Below are positions 1 to 10,239 of a stretch of 64,000 bases of DNA, piece by piece (within the stretch, counting starts at the first letter, position 1; each line of letters starts with the position of its first letter). The stretch is from assembly GCA_963810275.1 (NCBI GenBank), contig CAWENF010000014.1:41841-105840 (forward strand). The letters run 5' to 3'. Source of the DNA: an uncultured archaeon. GTDB lineage: Archaea; Thermoproteota; Bathyarchaeia; Bathyarchaeales; Bathycorpusculaceae. Below the pieces are notes generated by a model. The model saw nothing but the letters and a program-made list of their open reading frames with translations, was not told where the DNA came from and searched no databases. Position numbers and translations under genes: made by a program.

Positions 1-223
1 TAACCAGTTTCCTCCACGGATCTAACTGGCAAAAAATCAAAGCCACCCTTCAAAAATTAGGCGCACCCACCACTGCACACGAATTAGGAATAAAAGATAT
101 GGAATTAGTTAAGGCGTTGCAGGTGGCGGCACAAATCCGCCCAGAACGGTACACTATCCTGCACAAGCTCAACTTGGGCTTTGACGCCTGCGAAACCGTC
201 GCCCGAGCAACCGGCATCATAAG

Positions 224-610
224 CTAAGTTTTCATAAGGGGCTCTAGTATAGCGAATGCATTGCCTTCAGGGTCTTCCGCTGCTGCTATCCACCCTACTT
301 CTGGAACTTCCTGTTTTGCCTGCGTGATTTTGCCGCCTAACTTGACTATTTTATCGAGGAATTCGCTGACGGATTCGACGGCGATGTAGTTGATGGGTTT
401 GCTCTCTGGAACTAAACACTTGTATAGTCCACCGTTGACGCCTGGTGCTTGGAGCATACCCTTGTCGTCGGTGGGTACGGTTTGTATTATCCAATACTCG
501 ACTGGCCCGCCTGCTTGGACGATTTTCCACCCGAAAACTTGTTCGTAGAAGCTTTTGAGTTTCTGTACATCGTTTGCAGGGATTTCAAAATGAACAACTG
601 TGTGATTCAA
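224..610 (-). CDS. VOC/glyoxalase-bleomycin resistance family protein
   Basis: VVHFEIPA..., NGGL, INYIAVESV, GG.I...K.EVP.VGWIA...DPEGN motifs. Confidence 0.85.
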   Translation of the reverse strand: MNHTVVHFEIPANDVQKLKSFYEQVFGWKIVQAGGPVEYWIIQTVPTDDKGMLQAPGVNGGLYKCLVPESKPINYIAVESVSEFLDKIVKLGGKITQAKQEVPEVGWIAAAEDPEGNAFAILEPLMKT

Positions 611-744
611 ACTTTCTTCACCTCCATCTACCTCAACCGTAATGGATAGAAATACAATCTATAGGTAGAGCACTTTGGAGATTTAACTCTTACCAAAACA
701 AGAAAACAAAAATTAGCTAAATAGAAGAAAAGGGTTTGAGACGC

Positions 745-1551
745 TTACTGAGGCGCTTCAGTTTTTGCTTCTTCAGCAGGTTTCTCCTCCGCGGATGCAG
801 GAGTCTCGGCTGCTGGTGCTTCTGCGGCGGGTTCTGGCGTAGGTGCGGGGGCTGCTTCGGGTTTAGGTTCTGACTTGAAGGTTTCGACGAACTTTATTTC
901 AGTAAAGTCAGGAACGAATTTTTGAATATCCATGGCGATGCCGCGTTTGTAGATTTCAAGGTGCTCAATGTAGAATGCGTCTTCAGGAACATCAATTGTT
1001 AATGTAGCGCCATCTAAAGTGAGGGTGAATTTCCCTTCTTCGACAATGGGGATTCTACGGTGGACCAGCGAGTTGATTTTATCTTCTTTGCCTTCGAGCT
1101 GTTTGGTAACTGTGACTTCGTAGACGAGCGTTCTGCCTGCCAAGGGCGGGTTGAAGTCAAGTAAAACGCGACCTGCGCCAATGCTGCGGACTGTGGCGTT
1201 TTTGCCTTGGAACTCGATTTGTGCACCGATGACTGGGTTGATTTCTTTAGCGTAAAGTTGCTTGATTGGGACGCGTTTGATTTTTTCTGGGTCTCTAGGT
1301 CCGAAGCCTTTCTCAGGCGAAATCTCCACGGTTGCCGGTTTGGCGACTTCCATGGTTTTTAGAGAATCGTCAAGGGCTTCCATAACCCAGCGTTCTCCGA
1401 TAACTACGAGTTTAGGTTCGTATATTCTGCCTTCTTTGAAAAGGTGCTCTTTTTTAGCGACATCTTCTTGGGTTGTGTCAAAAACTTCGTTTGTTTCTTT
1501 AACTTTAGCTACGTAATCGATGAGAATGAAATCTCCTTTTTGTAGGGCCAT
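745..1551 (-). CDS. slyD: Archaeal long-type FKBP peptidyl-prolyl isomerase (SlyD-like) with Pro/Ala/Glu-rich C-tail
   Basis: KGDFILIDY, VFDTT, PEKGFG.RD, DFNPPLAGRTL.YEV motifs. Confidence 0.9.
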   Translation of the reverse strand: MALQKGDFILIDYVAKVKETNEVFDTTQEDVAKKEHLFKEGRIYEPKLVVIGERWVMEALDDSLKTMEVAKPATVEISPEKGFGPRDPEKIKRVPIKQLYAKEINPVIGAQIEFQGKNATVRSIGAGRVLLDFNPPLAGRTLVYEVTVTKQLEGKEDKINSLVHRRIPIVEEGKFTLTLDGATLTIDVPEDAFYIEHLEIYKRGIAMDIQKFVPDFTEIKFVETFKSEPKPEAAPAPTPEPAAEAPAAETPASAEEKPAEEAKTEAPQ

Positions 1552-1883
1552 CTTTTATCATCCTTTAACTGTACGGGGAAGTGTAGAGTTCCAAAGCGCA
1601 ATAAAAACTTTGTCCAGCCAGAAACGTATGTAATGACACAAAAACAGCGCTTTATTCCTCAAAAAGGAAGAATAGCTTTTAGGAGCCTTTTCAATAGGGA
1701 ACTATGTATATAATAGATTTGGTCATAGGTAGTTTAGAGAGCGTCTATTTTTTGTGTAATATGTCAAATCTAGAAATATAGTTCATAAGTAAAAATTGTG
1801 AATTAAGATTTGAGAAGGCAAGCGAGGATGAAGGAGAAGGTTCATGTATTCTATTAAGACCGGTATTCTGCCCAGCCTTCATA

Positions 1884-2192
1884 TTGGTAGCTATGGGGAC
1901 AATAGACTGCATAACCACAGTAATCGGCACCCTCCATTTTGGCGCTACGGAATCCAACCCAATCATGGCATCCGTAGTAGGTAATGTCCCTCTTTTCATG
2001 TCGCTCAAACTCGCAGCAACATTCTGCATCGCAAGCACCTACGTTTTAGCCAATAAAATCCTCCACAGCAGCCTGGACAAAACCACCAAAGGCTTCCAGG
2101 TTGGCAGCAAAATAATTAAAGGCACATATTCTGGCTTAATTATGTTCTTGGTTGTGGTGGTAGTCAACAACTGCTTAGTGCTCATAGTATAA
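1884..2192 (+). CDS. Small membrane protein, DUF5658-like
   Basis: D..TT..G...GA.E.NP.M motif plus hydrophobic helices; start uncertain. Confidence 0.55.
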   Translation: MVAMGTIDCITTVIGTLHFGATESNPIMASVVGNVPLFMSLKLAATFCIASTYVLANKILHSSLDKTTKGFQVGSKIIKGTYSGLIMFLVVVVVNNCLVLIV

Positions 2193-2358
2193 ACCCCGCT
2201 GGGACACCAGAAAACCACTAATATAAGCCATAAGTATGGGCGTAGAAACACAAATCAAATATTTAGGTGCCAACAAATCTAACTTGTACAAGCGCCAACG
2301 CGTAAAAAGCTAAGAAACGCTTAACTGAGAAACAGTACATATCAGGTTGTGAAACCAA

Positions 2359-2997
2359 ATGCCGTTCAATTTATTCCACAGAAAAAAGCCAGAACAAGAA
2401 GAACCAGAAGCAGCCCCAACCACCGAACAGGCACCTGAGCCCACGCCAGAAGCCCCAGTTAAAGCTGCATTTGAACCCATAGAGTCTGAAATGGTTGAGG
2501 AATCCAAAACAAATCTACAATCAGAACCAGAGCCTAAACCTGAACCCGAATCGCCAGCAGCGGAACCCGAACCTCAAGAACACCCCGGAGAGCAACCAGC
2601 CGAGGCGCCAATAGCATTAGAACCGCAGCCAGAACCTGAACAACCCGTTAAATCGCCGTCAGAGGAACCCCAAGCACCGTTAGAACCAGAACCTACATCT
2701 AAAATTTATCTAAAAGCCATGCCGCTCAAAGAATTAACGGATGTAGAAAACGTAAAAGAAGCAGTAACGAACGGCAACATAATAATTTTGCGAATCACAC
2801 CTCTTGCTGGAAAGAGCATAGAGGACGTCAAAAAAGCAGTTAACGACTTGTTCGAGTTTTCTGAATCCGTGGGTGGCGACATCGCCCGCCTTGGTGAGGA
2901 GCGTGTTGTTATCTGCCCTAAAACAGTGCGAATTTGGCGTGAAAAAACTCCAGTGCCAGTCCCGAAAAGAGATCCGCTTCCGCCTACAACAGCCTAA
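2359..2997 (+). CDS. sepF: Cell division protein SepF with long Pro/Glu-rich N-terminal linker
   Basis: C-terminal GNIIILRITPLA...GGDIARLGEERVVICP core; basic/aromatic N-terminus MPFNLFHRKK. Confidence 0.8.
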   Translation: MPFNLFHRKKPEQEEPEAAPTTEQAPEPTPEAPVKAAFEPIESEMVEESKTNLQSEPEPKPEPESPAAEPEPQEHPGEQPAEAPIALEPQPEPEQPVKSPSEEPQAPLEPEPTSKIYLKAMPLKELTDVENVKEAVTNGNIIILRITPLAGKSIEDVKKAVNDLFEFSESVGGDIARLGEERVVICPKTVRIWREKTPVPVPKRDPLPPTTA

Positions 2998-4909
2998 AGG
3001 TTTCCAGCGCAGACGGAACCACTGTATGTATTCCGGCTTTGTTGTCTAGGAAGTTGCCGAAGTTTAGGGTCTTTTGTCTTTCGCCGTGCACTACAAAGAT
3101 GCGTTCAGGTTTAGGAGACAGATGGGTGAGATAGTTGACAAGTTGGCGGCGGTCGCTGTGTCCACTGAATCCTTCCACGGTTTGTACGCCCATTTTGACG
3201 CTGAAAGCAGCCATTTTGCCCTCGTTATCCATCATGGTGACTTCGCCAACGCCTTTCTGCACGCGTCTCCCCATGGTGCCCTCGATTTGGTAGCTGACAA
3301 AGATGATTTGGTTTAGCTCGTTTGAAGCCCAGTTCTTAAAGTACTCAATTACGGGACCGCCTTCAAGCATACCGCTCGTGGCGAGTACAATACAAGGTTC
3401 ACCTTCCATGATGCTACTGCGTTGGCTTGGGTGATCAACAATAGTGAAGTAATCAGATTTGAAGGGGTTAACTTCCTCGTGGAGGATGCTGTGCCGCACT
3501 TCGCGGCCAAGGTATTCGGGGTAGGCGGTGTGGATGGCTGTGGCTTCGCTGATCATGCCTTCAATGAACACTGGCGCCTCCTTCATTAGACCCCGCTTCA
3601 TGTAGCCGTCGATGACCAACATGATTTCCTGAGCTCTGCCCACGGCGGGCACGGGTATGAGAACTTTGCCTTTACGTTCCAAGGTCTGGTTGATTGCTCG
3701 GGTTAGAGATTCTTCAGCTTCTACTCTGGTAGGCACAATGTCATCGGATCCACTGTAGGTAGATTCGGTGATGACAGTTTCGATTCGTGGAAACTCTGTG
3801 GCAGCCGCTTCAAGGAGCATAGTTCTTCCGAACTTGTAGTCGCCAGTGTAGACAATGTTATGGAGGCCTTCACCTATGTGGAGGTGAACCATTGCGCCGC
3901 CCAAAATGTGACCACTGTTGTGTAGTGTTAAGCGGATATCGGGAGCGATGTCGGTGACGACACCGAACCTGAGAGGGATCGTGTGAAGCACAGCTTCGCG
4001 AACGTCTTTTTGGTCGTAGAGGGGTGTAACGCCCTGCTTGTTGGCTACGTCGAGGTAGTCAAGCTGAAGCATAGTCATCAGATTTGACGTTGGCGCAGAG
4101 CAGTATATGGGTCCGTCGTAACCATACTTGTATAGGAATGGCACAAGCCCACAGTGATCGAGGTGCGCGTGACTTATGACAACAGCGTCAAGCGAGTCTA
4201 TTTCAAACTCGGGACTGTCGAAGCGTGGGAATGACTCAAACGGTCGGGTAGAGCCAGGATGGATACCACAGTCCAGTAGTACAGATGATTCGCGGGTTTT
4301 AATTAGGAATGCGCTGCGTCCAACTTCCTGTGCACCGCCCAAAACTGTCATGCGAACGTCGCCGACTTCGTAGCTTTTTGGGCGGAAAATACGTTCACCC
4401 ACGGTTCGCAAAATGCGTTCGCGTTCTTTGCTTTCTGAGTGCAAGTAATGGCGCATATGAGTTACAATTTTAGATTTAATCGGCGGGCTACGTAGAACAT
4501 GTGGACGCCACTTGGTTTTCTTAATTATTTCCTGAAGCACCGCGCCGTTTCTACCAATGACTAAGCCAGGTTTTTTGGTTTCGATTATGATTTCGCCCAG
4601 TGAAGGGTCGAAGTTTATGTCGGTGATTTCAGCTTCGGGCGAGATGAGTTCACGGGCGATTTTCTCTGCTTCCACCTCGGGGATACGCACGGATGGGTCG
4701 GGACGTATAACGATTCTTTTACGTATGACGCCGACTATCTCGGCCACGATGCTACTTTTGTCAACCAGAATTTCTGGACGTTTAGTGTAAACTGCAAGCA
4801 TAGGACCCTCATATTCGATGCGGGTGACCTCTGCTTCGCGGGGAACTTTTTCGAGAATATACTGGCTAATTTCTATTTTATCCTTGTCTTTGTCTTGTGT
4901 TCGAGCCAC
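2984..4909 (-). CDS. fttA: beta-CASP ribonuclease aCPSF1 / transcription termination factor FttA
   Basis: N-terminal KH domains, SHAHLDH metallo-beta-lactamase motif, GFSGHSD; follows psmB as is typical. Confidence 0.95.
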   Translation of the reverse strand: MARTQDKDKDKIEISQYILEKVPREAEVTRIEYEGPMLAVYTKRPEILVDKSSIVAEIVGVIRKRIVIRPDPSVRIPEVEAEKIARELISPEAEITDINFDPSLGEIIIETKKPGLVIGRNGAVLQEIIKKTKWRPHVLRSPPIKSKIVTHMRHYLHSESKERERILRTVGERIFRPKSYEVGDVRMTVLGGAQEVGRSAFLIKTRESSVLLDCGIHPGSTRPFESFPRFDSPEFEIDSLDAVVISHAHLDHCGLVPFLYKYGYDGPIYCSAPTSNLMTMLQLDYLDVANKQGVTPLYDQKDVREAVLHTIPLRFGVVTDIAPDIRLTLHNSGHILGGAMVHLHIGEGLHNIVYTGDYKFGRTMLLEAAATEFPRIETVITESTYSGSDDIVPTRVEAEESLTRAINQTLERKGKVLIPVPAVGRAQEIMLVIDGYMKRGLMKEAPVFIEGMISEATAIHTAYPEYLGREVRHSILHEEVNPFKSDYFTIVDHPSQRSSIMEGEPCIVLATSGMLEGGPVIEYFKNWASNELNQIIFVSYQIEGTMGRRVQKGVGEVTMMDNEGKMAAFSVKMGVQTVEGFSGHSDRRQLVNYLTHLSPKPERIFVVHGERQKTLNFGNFLDNKAGIHTVVPSALETFRLL

Positions 4910-4913
4910 AGTA

Positions 4914-5558
4914 TTAACTTCCTGCCTGTAGCAGCTTAGATTTCTCCTCGTCGGTTAACTCTTTGTAACCGAGCTTGGTGATTACTATAATGTTGTAGTT
5001 GTTGCCGCTTGCTACGTCGCGTTTCATGGCTGCATTGACAGCCTTAGCGATGGTAGGCAACGTTTCTTCTATAGTGGAGTCTTCTTTGAATTTGTCTTCC
5101 AAAACACCATAGGCAACTGGGCTGCCGCTGCCGGTGGAAACCATTTTTTCTTCGGTTAAGCTTCCGTAAGGGTCCAAGTTGAACACGTGAGAACCAGATT
5201 CGTCTACGCCGCCGACAAGCACTTGAGTTTGAAGGGGAATATATCTGCCTTGGAAAAGAAGGTTTGCAACCAGTCTTGCCGCTGAAGCAATAGGTATGGG
5301 GCGGTTCAGGTTGGTTTTGTAGAGTTGAGCATTGGCGGTTAAGATGTCGACGACGCGTTGGGCATCTGCGACTGTTCCGGCGATGGTCATGCCGATGTGG
5401 TCGTCAATTTTGTAGACTTTTTTGCCTGCTTTGTGAGCAACGTAGTAACCCATGGTTACACGGGTGTCAGAGGCTAAGATTACGCCGTCTTTGCATACGA
5501 CGCCGATTGTTGTGGTTCCTTTGAGGATTAATTGGCTAGCTGGGTTATTTTGTGACAT
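4914..5558 (-). CDS. psmB: Proteasome subunit beta
   Basis: Propeptide then KG|TTTIGVVCKDGVILASD, GSGS. Confidence 0.95.
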   Translation of the reverse strand: MSQNNPASQLILKGTTTIGVVCKDGVILASDTRVTMGYYVAHKAGKKVYKIDDHIGMTIAGTVADAQRVVDILTANAQLYKTNLNRPIPIASAARLVANLLFQGRYIPLQTQVLVGGVDESGSHVFNLDPYGSLTEEKMVSTGSGSPVAYGVLEDKFKEDSTIEETLPTIAKAVNAAMKRDVASGNNYNIIVITKLGYKELTDEEKSKLLQAGS

Positions 5559-5730
5559 AGTTTTTTGCTCCTAAAACTCCGTTTTGCGGAATGCCATCCA
5601 CTAGGAAGATGCATGAAGTAATCAATCTATGAGCCTAATTAATATTTCGCCAAACATTTAGAGCAACATATTCCCATATAGAAGTGGCAAAGAGAGGAAC
5701 ATTTTTAGGTAACTGGCGATGTTAGTTGCA

Positions 5731-5800
5731 ACTCGGCGCGTGAGTGGTGCTTCCCACCCGTTGCGCCAAATAAAATAAAACCCGGAGTAGGGAGGCAAAT
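5731..5800 (+). promoter_or_regulatory. Candidate translational riboswitch / structured leader of queT-queC
   Basis: Hairpin 5735-5767, A-rich tail 5768-5780; loop segment 5748-5760 is complementary to 5783-5797, which includes the GGGAGG SD; TTG start at 5805. Confidence 0.5.
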
Positions 5801-5804
5801 ACAG

Positions 5805-6335
5805 TTGAAAATACGAACCAAAGATTTAGCTCTAATAACAATATATGCCGCTTTATATGCGGCGCTTGTAGTTGGATTAGCACCACTCTCTTATGGACCC
5901 CTTCAAATTAGAATCGCCGACGCTATGGTTGCATCAATACCCATCTTTGGCATGGCTGGTGTTTTGGGACATACACTGGGCGTTTTTGTTGCGAACATGT
6001 TCTCACCTTTAGGATTTATTGACTTACTCAACACCATCCCCTCGTTTGTTATGGCATTTGTGGTTTATTATGTGTATAAACGCACACAAAACGACTACAC
6101 CATCATCGCTACGTGTCTGACGTATTCAGCGGTTTTGGGCGTTACAGTAGGCTGGATGCTGTCCCTTTTTGGGGCTCCACTGCTCTTAACTATGGCGTAC
6201 GTTGGAATTGGCAATGCAATCGCAAGCGTAGCAATCGGTTGGCCCATCTTCAAAGTGCTCAAAAGCATCGGCGTCTACAAATGGTTCTGCAACTGCACGT
6301 ACGCCCAGCCTCCGGCAGGCAATGGTTCAAGTTAA
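5805..6335 (+). CDS. queT: QueT family queuosine/archaeosine precursor transporter
   Basis: AALYAAL....PLSYGPLQIRIA..M signature, multiple TM helices, adjacent to queC. Confidence 0.85.
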   Translation: MKIRTKDLALITIYAALYAALVVGLAPLSYGPLQIRIADAMVASIPIFGMAGVLGHTLGVFVANMFSPLGFIDLLNTIPSFVMAFVVYYVYKRTQNDYTIIATCLTYSAVLGVTVGWMLSLFGAPLLLTMAYVGIGNAIASVAIGWPIFKVLKSIGVYKWFCNCTYAQPPAGNGSS

Positions 6336-6347
6336 TGGTGAAAAAAT

Positions 6348-7001
6348 ATGGAATCAAGAAAATGTATAGTCGTCCTAAGCGGCGGACCAGACTCCGCAGT
6401 TGTAGCGCACTGGGCTAAAGCTCAGGGTTACCAAATCCACCCCATCACCTTCAAGTATGGGCAAATCGCCGAGAAAGAAACCCAAGCTGCAAAACAAATC
6501 GCCGAGAAACTTGGTACCACAACCAAAGTCATTGACCTCTCAGCGCTTAAAGAAATCTTTAGCGGCAACACCAGTCTGGTTAGCCGCGATATTCCGTTAA
6601 CAGCGCAGTTCAGCAGCCCCATCATCGTACCCTTCCGAAACGCCATATTCCTGTCCGCGGCTGTTGCCTACGCCGTCACCGCCGGAGCACAAATAATCTT
6701 TTACGGCGCACACGGCAGCGACGAGCCATTCTACCCTGACTGCCGCAAAGAATTCTACGAAGCGTTCGAAAAAGCCGCCCGGTTGGGCACTGACTGCAAA
6801 ATCAGCATCCAAGCACCGTTTAGCGAACTCAAAAAATCTGAAGTTATAACAGAAGGCGAAAAACTCAATGTACCCTTTGAGTTAACCTGGTCCTGCTATC
6901 TCGACGGCAGCAAACACTGTGGAAGATGCGAGTCCTGTGTCAACCGCAGAAAAGCATTCAAAGAAGCAGCAATCTCTGACCCAACAGCCTACGATGCTTA
7001 A
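6348..7001 (+). CDS. queC: 7-cyano-7-deazaguanine (preQ0) synthase
   Basis: VVLSGGPDS PP-loop, VPFRNAIF, YPDCR, TWSCY...HCGRCESC. Confidence 0.95.
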   Translation: MESRKCIVVLSGGPDSAVVAHWAKAQGYQIHPITFKYGQIAEKETQAAKQIAEKLGTTTKVIDLSALKEIFSGNTSLVSRDIPLTAQFSSPIIVPFRNAIFLSAAVAYAVTAGAQIIFYGAHGSDEPFYPDCRKEFYEAFEKAARLGTDCKISIQAPFSELKKSEVITEGEKLNVPFELTWSCYLDGSKHCGRCESCVNRRKAFKEAAISDPTAYDA

Positions 7002-8068
7002 AATAGGGTTTTCTGTTTATCGCAAAATTGCAGGTTAGAAACCCTAACACCAATAAGCCTCATTTTTCTTCCATTAAGACATGGCAGTAACAACTCTTTT
7101 GAAGTTTTATTTAAATCCTCCACTCTGCCGGTCAGGCGTGGAAGCGTTTTGCTTTTCGTATGCGTTTCGAAGCCTTGGTAACGGATTTTGACAGTGACTG
7201 TTTTGAATAGCAGTTTCTGTTCGGCGGCTTCTTTTTGCACTTCCATGCACAACTCATCGAGCACTTTGAGGATAGCGTCTGGATACGCGGTGTCCGCCTC
7301 AAATGTAATTTCGTGACTGATGCTTTTAAGACCCTCACGCTCTTCCACTTCACTCTGATCCACGCCTTTAGCGTTTAGATGCATCTGCATACCCATCACA
7401 CCAAACATGGAAGCCAAAGCGGTTGGGTCGTAACGGGCTAAGTCGCCGACTGTTTTTATGCCTAACGCTTTGAGTTTAACTTCGGTTTTTCGTCCCACCC
7501 AAAGTAGTTTGCGCACATCAAGTGGTGCAAGAAAAATTTGGGCGTCCTCCTCTCTGACCACAGTTAAGCCATCGGGTTTTTGGTAGTCACTGGCAACTTT
7601 AGCGACCAGTTTGTTGGGTCCAACCCCTATTGAGGCTGTAAGATGCTCTTTTTCCTTGATTTCTTGTTTGATTTGGCGAGCTAACTCCTCAGCATTTTCC
7701 CAGCTATGAACAATATCCGACACGTCGAGAAAAGCTTCATCTAAGCCCCATTGTTCAAATCTGCCAGAGTACCGCCGTGCTATCGCCATTATTTCCCCAG
7801 AAACCTTGATGTAAAGTGGGAAACGAGGCGGCAAGTACACCGCATCTGGGCAAAGCCGCCAAGCCTGCGAAATCGGCATCCCACTTCGGACCCCGGTTGC
7901 TCTTGCCTCATAGTTACTGGTGCTCACAACACCTCTGCCTTTGCCCCTTTTAGGGTCTGCTCCAACCACGACAGGGGTGCCTGCAAGCTGAGGGTCTTCA
8001 CGTTCCTCCACCGCCGTGTAGAAGTGATCCATATCGAGGTGGAGGATGAAGCGTTTTTTCTCCCTCAT
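6998..8068 (-). CDS. dinB: DNA polymerase IV (Y family)
   Basis: HLDMDHFY, STSNYEAR..GVRSGMP, GLDEAFLD, K.ASD..KPDG; start taken at ATG 8068 (ORF open to 8092). Confidence 0.95.
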   Translation of the reverse strand: MREKKRFILHLDMDHFYTAVEEREDPQLAGTPVVVGADPKRGKGRGVVSTSNYEARATGVRSGMPISQAWRLCPDAVYLPPRFPLYIKVSGEIMAIARRYSGRFEQWGLDEAFLDVSDIVHSWENAEELARQIKQEIKEKEHLTASIGVGPNKLVAKVASDYQKPDGLTVVREEDAQIFLAPLDVRKLLWVGRKTEVKLKALGIKTVGDLARYDPTALASMFGVMGMQMHLNAKGVDQSEVEEREGLKSISHEITFEADTAYPDAILKVLDELCMEVQKEAAEQKLLFKTVTVKIRYQGFETHTKSKTLPRLTGRVEDLNKTSKELLLPCLNGRKMRLIGVRVSNLQFCDKQKTLF

Positions 8069-8176
8069 TACCATAAAGAACCTTTTGCACAATTAGAAAT
8101 TTGAACCTATCGAAGAATCAGCCTGTCAAACCTAATATTCAACAGGAACCATAGTGAATCAGAGAGGATAAGTAAG

Positions 8177-8728
8177 ATGGATGTTTTTGAAGCTGTTCGA
8201 GTTCGCAAATCAATCCGAGCCTACCAAGATACGCCGGTTCCCAGAGAAAAACTTGAACGCATTTTGGATGCGGGCAGGCTTGCCCCTTCGGCACGTAATA
8301 CCGAGCCGTGGCATTTCATAGCCGTCACAGACACAGAAAAACGCAAGCGCCTCGCAGGCGGGTTATACGCCAAGTTCGTCGCCGAAGCGCCGCTCGCCAT
8401 TGTTGTTTTGGGTGACAAAAAAGCCTCAGCAGATTGGTATGACGTAGATGCATCTTTAGCTTTGGAGAACATGGTTTTAACAGCGGTAAACGACGGACTA
8501 GGAACATGCGTCGTGGGTAGTTTCGACGAAAAAGATGTAAAAGACTTGCTTAAAGTGCCAGAAAACTTTGAAGTCATCGCTTTGATTGCAGTCGGCTACC
8601 CGAAAGAGAAAATAGATTTAACCGGCAAGTTGTTACGCCTAGTGAGCACCCGCAAAATCTTAACAGAAATCGCCAGTGAAGAAGAATACGGCAAGCCCTT
8701 CGTACCCAAAACATGGCTGCAAACCTGA
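8177..8728 (+). CDS. Nitroreductase family protein
   Basis: RKSIR.Y, APSARNTEPWHF, LA.ENMVL.A...GLGTC, IAVGYP. Confidence 0.9.
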   Translation: MDVFEAVRVRKSIRAYQDTPVPREKLERILDAGRLAPSARNTEPWHFIAVTDTEKRKRLAGGLYAKFVAEAPLAIVVLGDKKASADWYDVDASLALENMVLTAVNDGLGTCVVGSFDEKDVKDLLKVPENFEVIALIAVGYPKEKIDLTGKLLRLVSTRKILTEIASEEEYGKPFVPKTWLQT

Positions 8729-8820
8729 TTTTCTTTATATTTACGATTGGCATGTACCATCCAGTAACGGCTAAATACGACAAAGCATAATCCGTTGATT
8801 ACTTAGCAGGGGATACCATT

Positions 8821-10158
8821 ATGAAAGACGTTCCTGAAATCGTGCATGAACTTATTGAAGCATCCAAGAAGCATGAGCAGTACCGAGAGAAAGAATGCAT
8901 AAACATGATCGCCAGTGAAGGCATAAAGTCCCCCGCCGTATGCCAGATGTTGGACATGAGCCACGACCTCGCCACCCGCTACGCTGAAGGCGAAAACGAC
9001 GCCGAGGGTCATGTTAAGAAACGGTATTATCAGGGTCAAAAGTATATGAGCCAAATAGAGGACCTCGCCTGCGACGCTGTGAAAAGCTTATTTGGAACTA
9101 ACTGGGCGGATGTCCGACTGATTTCTGGTACACACGCCAACACCGCCACCTTCAAAGGCCTTTCGTTGGCTTCCAAAAATAACAAGATGGTTGTAACACC
9201 ATTGAGCTGCGGCGCACACATAAGCCATGACTACACGGGTTTAGCAGGCAGCATACTTGGCATAGACAATATCAACCACGTTTACGACATTAACGAGTTC
9301 AACATTGACGCTGAGAAATCTGCCTACGTCATCCGAGCTGCTAAACCAGGCATTGTCACCTTCGGCGGCAGCCTGTTTTTGTTCCCACACCCAATAAAAG
9401 AACTCAAGGCGGTCTGCGACGAAGTAGGCGCATACGTAGCATACGACGGAGCCCACGTCCTCGGCTTAATCGCAGGCGGACAATTCCAAGACCCCCTTCG
9501 CGAAGGCGCAGACTTCATAACAGCCTCCACCCACAAAACCTTCCCCGGACCACAAGGCGGCGTCATCATGGGCAACTCTGACTCTCCAGCAAAAGAAAAA
9601 GCCATCAAAAAAATCCAGCATGCAGTCTTCCCCCTAACAGCATCCAGCACACATCTCGGCAGACTTCCCGCATTGGGCATAGCCTGCCTTGAAATGAGCA
9701 TTTTCGGCCAACAGTTGGCGGCGCAAATCGTCAAAAACGCTCAAACCGCAGGTCAATACCTCTTTGAGAACGGCGTCAAGGTGCTTGCCGAGCATAAAGG
9801 TTTCACACGCAGCCACCAAATCGCACTTGACGTCCGAAGCTTCGGCGGCGGCAACAAAATCGCCCAAGACCTAGAAGACGCCAACATCATCCTAAACAAA
9901 AACTTGCTACCCTATGACGACCAAGCAGGAAAAGAAAACCCATCTGGTTTGCGTGTAGGCTTCCAAGATGTAACCCGCCATGGGATGATGGAAAGCGACA
10001 TAAAGCTCCTCTGCGACTTGATGCTTGACGTCATCAAAGGCAAACGCACCCCCGCCGAAGTCAAGGTGGATGTGTTGGCGCTCAAAAGCGGGTTCTGCGG
10101 CGTCAAATACGGCTTCCAAACAGTCGAAGAAGCGATAAAATACGTCAAATCTGCTTAG
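8821..10158 (+). CDS. glyA: Serine hydroxymethyltransferase
   Basis: INMIASE, RYAEG, YDGAHVLGLIAG, STHKTFPGPQGG PLP-lysine motif. Confidence 0.95.
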   Translation: MKDVPEIVHELIEASKKHEQYREKECINMIASEGIKSPAVCQMLDMSHDLATRYAEGENDAEGHVKKRYYQGQKYMSQIEDLACDAVKSLFGTNWADVRLISGTHANTATFKGLSLASKNNKMVVTPLSCGAHISHDYTGLAGSILGIDNINHVYDINEFNIDAEKSAYVIRAAKPGIVTFGGSLFLFPHPIKELKAVCDEVGAYVAYDGAHVLGLIAGGQFQDPLREGADFITASTHKTFPGPQGGVIMGNSDSPAKEKAIKKIQHAVFPLTASSTHLGRLPALGIACLEMSIFGQQLAAQIVKNAQTAGQYLFENGVKVLAEHKGFTRSHQIALDVRSFGGGNKIAQDLEDANIILNKNLLPYDDQAGKENPSGLRVGFQDVTRHGMMESDIKLLCDLMLDVIKGKRTPAEVKVDVLALKSGFCGVKYGFQTVEEAIKYVKSA

Positions 10159-10239
10159 CCCCGAAATTGGGGTTTTCCTTTTGTTTTTTGATAAAACTTA
10201 ATTAACAGTTTTTTTAATCTCATGGTGACTTGAACGGCT

